Positions 57,924 to 64,000 of a stretch of DNA of 64,000 bases are shown in pieces. The position numbers and the translations under genes are program-made. Below the pieces are notes generated by a model. The model was not told the DNA's origin and did not search any database. It worked only from the letters and a program-made list of their open reading frames with translations. The DNA is from Patescibacteria group bacterium (GTDB lineage Bacteria > Patescibacteriota > Patescibacteriia > PEXW01), in contig JBAYJA010000002.1 in NCBI GenBank assembly GCA_041665345.1, positions 97,252 through 161,251 on the forward strand, in the 5' to 3' direction. The stretch's first letter is position 1. Each line of letters begins with the position of its first letter.

Positions 57924-60857
57924 ATGAAAGGATCCAGAAAACGTATGCACCAGGAAACTGAAGTTACAACGCGAGGTCTTACATTGACCCAGGTGACTGC
58001 GGGAATTTACCTGGTGACCAGTGTCCTTGCAACTGGGGCTATTGCTGCAGCATTACTGGTGCAGTTGTCTACGAAAACACCCGCGACAAAGCCTGCTCTG
58101 ACCGCCTGTACTCCAGTAGCTGTCCAGACACCCATGCAGCTAGCGAATGCATCCACTACCACCCGCAAAGCAATTACCACCTCTTTTCAGGTGGTAAACC
58201 AAAAGGTGCTAGATGCCCAAGCAGCAAAGCTCACTGATGCACAGCTCATCCAAGCGGCAAAGAATCGGAAAGAGTACTTTTTGAAAATGGCCGCCTTGGA
58301 TCCCGCCAGCTTGCTCAAGAACCTCTCCTCAGCATCCGTCAGAAATCGTTTAGCAGGAATAAGCACGAATTGTGTGGAGCAGAAAGAAATTGCGGAAGGA
58401 GTTGTGGAAATCCAAATTGCTGAAGATCTCATTGGGGAACGAGACTGGCATTTTTACGCGCTCAAACAAGCAGACGGTACACGCCTCCAGTTATTCCCAG
58501 CGAAAGGGGAACTAAAAATTTCCGCTGGCTCGCAAATTCGGGTGCAGGGTTTCAAACTTGATGATAAAGTAGTTTTTGATGCAACGCGCGATATAGCCGC
58601 AGTTCCGTCAGCAAGCCCTGATGATAGTGGGTATGTAGTGCAAAACTATCGCAGTCCTAGTGTTGTGCAGGGTGAGCAAAAGACTTTGGTTATTCTGGGA
58701 ACTTTTGCAAATAGCAGCACGCCAACCGGGGACGTGAGTGTGGTAAATGTGCAAGAGAAAATGCAAGAGGTGAATAATTACTTTGTGGAAGTTTCAAACC
58801 AGCGGATGAACATTGCTGCACTGCAAGCCGATGGTCAAGCAGCAGATGTCCGAGGTTGGTACAATTTAGATATTCCAGAAAGTTGCGATCGAAATATTGT
58901 TGTTGCCTCTGCGATTCGTGCTGCCGATGCTGAAATTGATTTCAGCGCTTATTATAACGTCATTGTCTACGCCCCAATTGAAACTTTACCCTGTGGGTTC
59001 AGCGGTGTGGCATCGCTAGGTGGCAATGAGCAAATGGTAACAAATGATGGCACAGTTTCTTTAGCAATGGCATGGATAATATTCAAAACTGAATTTTTCC
59101 CAATGTACTTCATGGGGACGACCACCCATGAGATGGGGCATCTTATAGGCCTGCAGCATGCAGCACGTCTTTACAATAGAACTTTTCCATTAAATGATGG
59201 GACAGACATTATTGGACAATATGGAGATCCGTACGATGTTATGGGTAATGTACAAAGGCACGGGTCCTTTAATGGCCCACATAAAGAATTTTTAGGCTGG
59301 ATGCAACCTGAGAATAGTAGGACGGTGTTGGCTAGTGGGGACTACACTATTTACCCTTTAGAATTCAATGGCGGCGGTACCCAACTTGTAAAGATTCCAC
59401 GCTCCTCAAATCAGTTTATTACTATTGAATACCGACAGCCGATTGGTGTCGATTTTGACTTGCCAGTGAGCGTTTACACCGGTGGACTTGTGCATTTAAT
59501 GAATCAGGATAACACCATGACCACGATGCTTGATGTTGATGACCCAACGAGCGATGAAAGTTACGTACTGGGGATTGGGCAATCAGTAACTGACCCACGT
59601 TCTGGGACGGTTATTCAGGTTTTGAGTGCAACGAGTGAAAGTTTACAAATACGTGTGAACATTGGGAATGTTGATTTTATACCACCTGTATTTTCCCATA
59701 ATTTCATTAGTGGATCTAGCATTTCGGGACCTTTCCAGATAATGGTTTCAGCTACTGACGAATCTCAGATTGAAAAAGTTGTTGTTGAGTTGGATGGTCT
59801 TAATATTCTGCTGTGTGAAGATTTTTCATTCCCATACCAGTGTACTTGCAGTCTTCCAGAAGATTTATCCGATGGTAATTATTACCTGCGAATAAAAGTT
59901 TTCGATCGTGTTGGGAATATCGGGATAAAATACGTTTCGTTCCTGTCCACCCAACATGGTGACGTGGGTTTGTTTTCAGATATTCCAAATGGTGCGTACA
60001 TAAAAAATGGTATGCCCGCAACACTTCTAGTGCGTGGGATTACCCCTTTGTCTCTCCCTGGATCAAGTGTAGATATGTGCCTCATGCCATCTAGCGGAGT
60101 AGTCCCAATTTATTGCCGGTATGATTATGATGCTCCATTTACGTATACGCTTTCGACCACAGGGATTAGTAATGGATATCATCGCGTACGTTTTTCTTTT
60201 TATGATGAGGTTTTTCACTACTGGGAACTAACACGAAATGTGGTTATTGACACAATTGCGCCATTTGGCTCATTTAGTTACCCCGATCCTGGAGTGGTGA
60301 TATCAGACAATATTTTTACGAGCCAGGTTTACTATGAAGATCAATTTGGTACTGAGAAGATAGAGTTCTTTAAGGGAGACGAACAAGAGCCATTAGTCAC
60401 CATTCATATTCCTCAAGATTTCACTTACTTAAATTTACACGATTTTCCTGAAGGGGAAACAACATTACGTGCAAAAATTTATGATTTTTCTGGAAATACC
60501 CGGGACGTAGAAACAACTTTTCGGGTAATGTACAATCGTCCTTGTGGTGATGTTGATGCTTCTGGTGTCACAGATATCACCGATGCTGTTTTTTTAATAA
60601 ACTACCTGTTCGGTGGTTCATCCCAGAATCCCTCCCCGTACAGATTTGGAGATCCTGACGGGAGTGGATTCATTTCTGTTTCTGATGCGGTGTACCTCAT
60701 CAATTACATCTTTGGGGGTGGACCAGCCCCGGTCTGTGGGTTGCAAGGCTTTGTGAAAAAAGCGCCGGATATGACCGAAGGGTGGACTTTGGAATCCTTC
60801 AAGCAGAAGTATCCGCAGGCCTTTACCAGCCAGGCTGAGGGCAAGCCGCAAGATTGA
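57924..60857 (+). CDS. Exported zinc metalloprotease (M6/M11-like) with Ig-like domains and C-terminal dockerin
   Basis: HEMGHLIGLQH, YGDPYDVMG, IEYRQ; paired GDVDASG..DITDAV.LINY repeats. Confidence 0.8.
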   Translation: MKGSRKRMHQETEVTTRGLTLTQVTAGIYLVTSVLATGAIAAALLVQLSTKTPATKPALTACTPVAVQTPMQLANASTTTRKAITTSFQVVNQKVLDAQAAKLTDAQLIQAAKNRKEYFLKMAALDPASLLKNLSSASVRNRLAGISTNCVEQKEIAEGVVEIQIAEDLIGERDWHFYALKQADGTRLQLFPAKGELKISAGSQIRVQGFKLDDKVVFDATRDIAAVPSASPDDSGYVVQNYRSPSVVQGEQKTLVILGTFANSSTPTGDVSVVNVQEKMQEVNNYFVEVSNQRMNIAALQADGQAADVRGWYNLDIPESCDRNIVVASAIRAADAEIDFSAYYNVIVYAPIETLPCGFSGVASLGGNEQMVTNDGTVSLAMAWIIFKTEFFPMYFMGTTTHEMGHLIGLQHAARLYNRTFPLNDGTDIIGQYGDPYDVMGNVQRHGSFNGPHKEFLGWMQPENSRTVLASGDYTIYPLEFNGGGTQLVKIPRSSNQFITIEYRQPIGVDFDLPVSVYTGGLVHLMNQDNTMTTMLDVDDPTSDESYVLGIGQSVTDPRSGTVIQVLSATSESLQIRVNIGNVDFIPPVFSHNFISGSSISGPFQIMVSATDESQIEKVVVELDGLNILLCEDFSFPYQCTCSLPEDLSDGNYYLRIKVFDRVGNIGIKYVSFLSTQHGDVGLFSDIPNGAYIKNGMPATLLVRGITPLSLPGSSVDMCLMPSSGVVPIYCRYDYDAPFTYTLSTTGISNGYHRVRFSFYDEVFHYWELTRNVVIDTIAPFGSFSYPDPGVVISDNIFTSQVYYEDQFGTEKIEFFKGDEQEPLVTIHIPQDFTYLNLHDFPEGETTLRAKIYDFSGNTRDVETTFRVMYNRPCGDVDASGVTDITDAVFLINYLFGGSSQNPSPYRFGDPDGSGFISVSDAVYLINYIFGGGPAPVCGLQGFVKKAPDMTEGWTLESFKQKYPQAFTSQAEGKPQD

Positions 60858-61399
60858 GCGTGTTTATACCCATCCTGCTATTTTTAGTATTTCTGCTCGT
60901 CGCCACCGCTGCTTACGCCGGGTACCGGGCTGCACCGTGGTTACCCACCCGCGCAGCTGATGCGCAACGGTTGGTGGATTTGGCCGGGGTCCAAAGTGGT
61001 GACGTAGTTTACGAGCTTGGAGCAGGTGATGGGCGGGTGTTGCTCCCATTCACAAAAACCCAAGCAAAGTCCATTGTTGGTTTTGAGATATCCCTTGTCC
61101 CATATTTGATTGGGCTTTTTCGGATCCGAAAATTTCGGCCCAGGGTTGCGTTGCGCTTCCGGGATTTCTTCAAAGTCTCGTTCAATGAGGCGCAGGTTGT
61201 TTACTGCTTTCTTACCCCCAAAGCTATGGCAGCGCTGGCGCCGAAGTTCCGGCAGGAATTACAACCAGGGACGCGGGTGCTCTCTTACGCTTTTCCCATT
61301 CCTGGTTGGGAGCCGGAGCAGGTGAGTAAGCCCACGCCGGAGCAGATGGCGATTTATAAGTACATCGTGGGGGAGAGCCGTAGAGCTGTAGAGCGGTAG
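60854..61399 (+). CDS. Class I SAM-dependent methyltransferase
   Basis: APWLPT, YELGAGDGRV, GFEIS, DFF, RVLSYAF.IPGW. Confidence 0.88.
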   Translation: MSVFIPILLFLVFLLVATAAYAGYRAAPWLPTRAADAQRLVDLAGVQSGDVVYELGAGDGRVLLPFTKTQAKSIVGFEISLVPYLIGLFRIRKFRPRVALRFRDFFKVSFNEAQVVYCFLTPKAMAALAPKFRQELQPGTRVLSYAFPIPGWEPEQVSKPTPEQMAIYKYIVGESRRAVER

Positions 61400-61620
61400 G
61401 CAGAGAGATCTGTGTACGTGCTATTTGTCGTTGCGAGGAACGAGTCATCGAGTGACGCGGCAATCCCGTTGAACTTTGGAACCAAACTGGTTCTATATAC
61501 GTCGGGATTGCCACGCTCCTGCTGGAGCTCGCAATGACAGAGGGAGGGGCTTGACCCCTCTCCAATCCCCATGGTACATTCTGCCTAGGAAAACACACCT
61601 CCACATCCTCTAATAAACAT

Positions 61621-62298
61621 ATGCCAGAACAAACCCCAGACCCCATAGCAATCGTCAAACAGCTGCTCGCTGAGGCCAAAGCCTCCCTCCAGTCCGCCGA
61701 GCAGGTTTTAGCGTCCCTTGGGGGCGAAGCCGGTGAAGCGGTGAACATTGCCGCCCTGGCGCGGAAGGCGGGTTCTTCGTCTATAACCGGTGACAGCCGG
61801 GTGATTGAAGGGCTTTTTGATGGCCAGCACATGGTTGGCCCAGATGGGAAGCAGTACTCGGTGCCGGCAAACTACGCCTCAAAGTCGAAGCTCGTTGAAG
61901 GCGATAAATTGAAGCTCACCATTACCGGTGACGGTTCCTTCATCTACAAGCAGATTGGCCCAACGGAACGCGTTCGGGTGGTTGGCAAGTTGGTACGGGA
62001 TGAGCAGACAGATGAATTCCAAGTTGTGGCTAACGGTGTGAATTACCGGGTGCTGCTCGCCAGTATTACCTACTTCAAAGGTGACGTGGGTGATGACGTG
62101 GTCATTCTCCTACCCGAAGGTCGGCAAGCGCGCTGGGCAGCCGTAGAAAATATCATTAAGAAGATTCCTGGGCAAGAGTATGTTCCGCCAGTGGTTGACC
62201 CTGTGGTTGCCCCACGGGAAATGCTACCCGATGTATCTGAAGATGAGCCAGTTGCAGTGCAGAGTCCAGAGTCGCAGGATAAGATTGACGAGATTTAA
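61621..62298 (+). CDS. Conserved hypothetical protein (CPR-type)
   Basis: IEG.FDG..M.GPDGK.Y.VPANYASKSKLVEGD.LKL motif. Confidence 0.75.
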   Translation: MPEQTPDPIAIVKQLLAEAKASLQSAEQVLASLGGEAGEAVNIAALARKAGSSSITGDSRVIEGLFDGQHMVGPDGKQYSVPANYASKSKLVEGDKLKLTITGDGSFIYKQIGPTERVRVVGKLVRDEQTDEFQVVANGVNYRVLLASITYFKGDVGDDVVILLPEGRQARWAAVENIIKKIPGQEYVPPVVDPVVAPREMLPDVSEDEPVAVQSPESQDKIDEI

Positions 62299-62315
62299 TC
62301 ACTTTCTTGGAATAG

Positions 62316-62346
62316 CAAAACCGCTCCTTCCGGAGCGGTTTTGCAT
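62316..62346. terminator. Bidirectional intrinsic terminator
   Basis: GCAAAACCGCTCC-TTCC-GGAGCGGTTTTGC between convergent genes. Confidence 0.85.
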
Positions 62347-62368
62347 TTGAAGGTTTCAGGAACCTGGA

Positions 62369-62680
62369 TTACCAGGAATTGCGACCCCCACCGAAGTTAC
62401 CACCACCGCCACCGGTGCGTGGAGGGCGGTTCTCCATCGGGCGCGCTTCGTTGACGGTCAACGTGCGGCCTTCGAAGTCCTTACCGTTCCACAGCTCGAT
62501 AGCTTTTGCAGCATCTTCATCGGCTGCCATTTCCACGAAGCCGAAGCCTCGGGAGCGGCCAGTGACTTTGTCCGTGATGATTGTCGCGGACGTCACAGCA
62601 CCGGCTTGTTCAAACGCTTGACGAAGGCCATCCTCCGTCGTGTTGTAGGGGATGCCCCCCACGTAGAGTTTCTTTGCCAT
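62369..62680 (-). CDS. RRM RNA-binding protein
   Basis: KLYVGGI (RNP2), RGFGFVEM (RNP1), Gly-rich tail. Confidence 0.95.
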   Translation of the reverse strand: MAKKLYVGGIPYNTTEDGLRQAFEQAGAVTSATIITDKVTGRSRGFGFVEMAADEDAAKAIELWNGKDFEGRTLTVNEARPMENRPPRTGGGGGNFGGGRNSW

Positions 62681-62805
62681 TGTTGCTTGTATATTCTAAA
62701 ACGAAAACGTAAGTCGACCGATTCTCGCACACTTGTCGAACTCTTTGGCAAGAGGGACACACGTGGAGAACTTACGCAGAAAGTATACAGGAATGGGAGA
62801 AATTG

Positions 62806-63210
62806 TCAATCCCCATGGCTTGCACCCCGTTTGCTGGGCTTTACATGTTTTACGTACTCCGTAATGAGGTAGAGGCAGAGCACCGTACCCGTAATAATTG
62901 GTAGGTCTTCAGGGAGGTGGTAGGGGTTTGTGGCAGGAGCAAAGGTCATAACACAGGTCAATCCAATGAGGGTGACCAGCCAGAGGAGCACGAAAAGTTC
63001 GCCTTTGAGGTTTTTGCTTGAGAAGTGTTTGCGGAGCCGGGAAATTTCTTTGTCACCCACGTAGGTAGCAACGAGGGTAACGTAGAGCGTTGAAAGAGCA
63101 GTGGGGACGTGAAATTCTTGATGGGTAAAAAATTCCACTAGCACTAAAAGCCACACCACGATACTCAGGGTATCGAAAAGGAAGAGAAAGGTGCGGAGGC
63201 GATACATCAC
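62806..63210 (-). CDS. Hypothetical 4-TM membrane protein
   Basis: Hydrophobic segments; YVGDKE. Confidence 0.7.
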   Translation of the reverse strand: MMYRLRTFLFLFDTLSIVVWLLVLVEFFTHQEFHVPTALSTLYVTLVATYVGDKEISRLRKHFSSKNLKGELFVLLWLVTLIGLTCVMTFAPATNPYHLPEDLPIITGTVLCLYLITEYVKHVKPSKRGASHGD

Positions 63211-63231
63211 GCAGGCAGCAGGTTACTCCGG

Positions 63232-64000
63232 TTAGAGTTGCTCAGTTGTCTGTTGGGTAGCCGTGAAAACTTGGGGGTACTTTCCTTTGAATTGTTCGTA
63301 CGTCATCCCCTGCGTTGGATTCACTGCACGTTTGACGCTGGTGCTCCCGGTTGGGCATTTTGGTGCTGACCCACCGGCGAAGATGTAGTTGATGAGGTAC
63401 ACCGCATCGGTGATGCTCACTTCGCCTGAGGCATCTACATCACCTTGGCTTAAGGGTGTTGGTACTGACCCACCGGCGAAGATGTAGTTGATGAGGTACA
63501 CCGCATCGGTGATGGTGACTAGGTTGTCTCCGTCAACGTCTCCATTCGTTCGGGTTGTGCCGTCCGTACAGCTGGTGTCAACATTGCACGCTTGGTTTGG
63601 TGACCCATCAGCGCACATACCCACGCAGGCTGGGTCGGCGGTGCTTCCATCTGCAGTTGGGAGGCAAAGGGTAGGAATTGTGGGACGTAAGGTTTGGTTC
63701 TGTTTCACATGTGGCCACTGCGCACTACGTACAGAGGTCGCAATCTCTCCATCCCAGCGGAAGATGTAGCTTGTATTTGTCGCCGGAACCAAGATTTCAG
63801 GCTTTCCGTCAACGTCGAAATCCGCTACTACTGGTGGGCGATAACCAGTAATCGATGCATTGGTTGCGTATGGGGAACCCGAAGTATGCTGGCCATCTGC
63901 ATTTAATATCGCAACTTGGCAATTGGTTTGGGTGGACGAATTCGTGGTCACCACAATCTCTGGGGATAGATCTCCGTTTACATCGTTTAATAATACATTT
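63232..64000 (-). CDS. Exported FG-GAP/VCBS-repeat protein with C-terminal dockerin (5' part beyond window)
   Basis: DVNGDLSPEIVV and ADFDVDGKPEILV repeats; paired GDVD...ITDAVYLINYIFAGG. Confidence 0.8.
   Translation of the reverse strand, partial: NVLLNDVNGDLSPEIVVTTNSSTQTNCQVAILNADGQHTSGSPYATNASITGYRPPVVADFDVDGKPEILVPATNTSYIFRWDGEIATSVRSAQWPHVKQNQTLRPTIPTLCLPTADGSTADPACVGMCADGSPNQACNVDTSCTDGTTRTNGDVDGDNLVTITDAVYLINYIFAGGSVPTPLSQGDVDASGEVSITDAVYLINYIFAGGSAPKCPTGSTSVKRAVNPTQGMTYEQFKGKYPQVFTATQQTTEQL

Noticed and set aside
1-64000. tRNA, rRNA, tmRNA, RNase P RNA, reverse transcriptase or transposase genes
   Set aside because: No hallmark sequences recognised by eye; a tRNAscan/Rfam run would be needed to exclude divergent copies

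Overview
Bacterial chromosomal window, most likely Patescibacteria/CPR (Parcubacteria-like). That assignment is inferred from the hrcA-grpE-hsp20-dnaK order, a membrane-anchored DUF87/VirD4-like ATPase, a C39-like peptidase, many leaderless genes and dense REP-like palindromes. Core genes are hrcA (with a perfect CIRCE), grpE, hsp20, dnaK, dnaJ, cysS, a dus gene, a corA-like gene and an RRM protein. The main discovery is at 1-14100: at least 22 unrelated, co-oriented, promoter-less genes on the minus strand. Twenty of them are preceded by a sequence-variable but structure-conserved pair of abutting hairpins, then an A/C-rich linker and a strong RBS. One sigma70 promoter (14067-14095) sits upstream, followed by a ~200-nt structured leader with an rrn-boxA-like motif and an intrinsic terminator. 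One element is a chimera of two neighbouring element types, which suggests recombination at the hairpin-hairpin junction. This looks like an integron-like gene-cassette array with non-attC sites; no recombinase is visible in the window and the array runs off the left edge. Two further single-gene module arrays occur: one separated by a 20-bp CGCCCCGCCCGCTGCGTGGG direct repeat (28.9-34.5 kb) and one built from repeated terminator-promoter units (37.5-38.6 kb and 43.9-46.4 kb). Also present: a 6S-like RNA candidate, a low-GC SIR2 defence-like pair, a GIY-YIG gene with REPs, and two dockerin-tailed exported proteins. All product calls come from motif reading only; no database searches were run.
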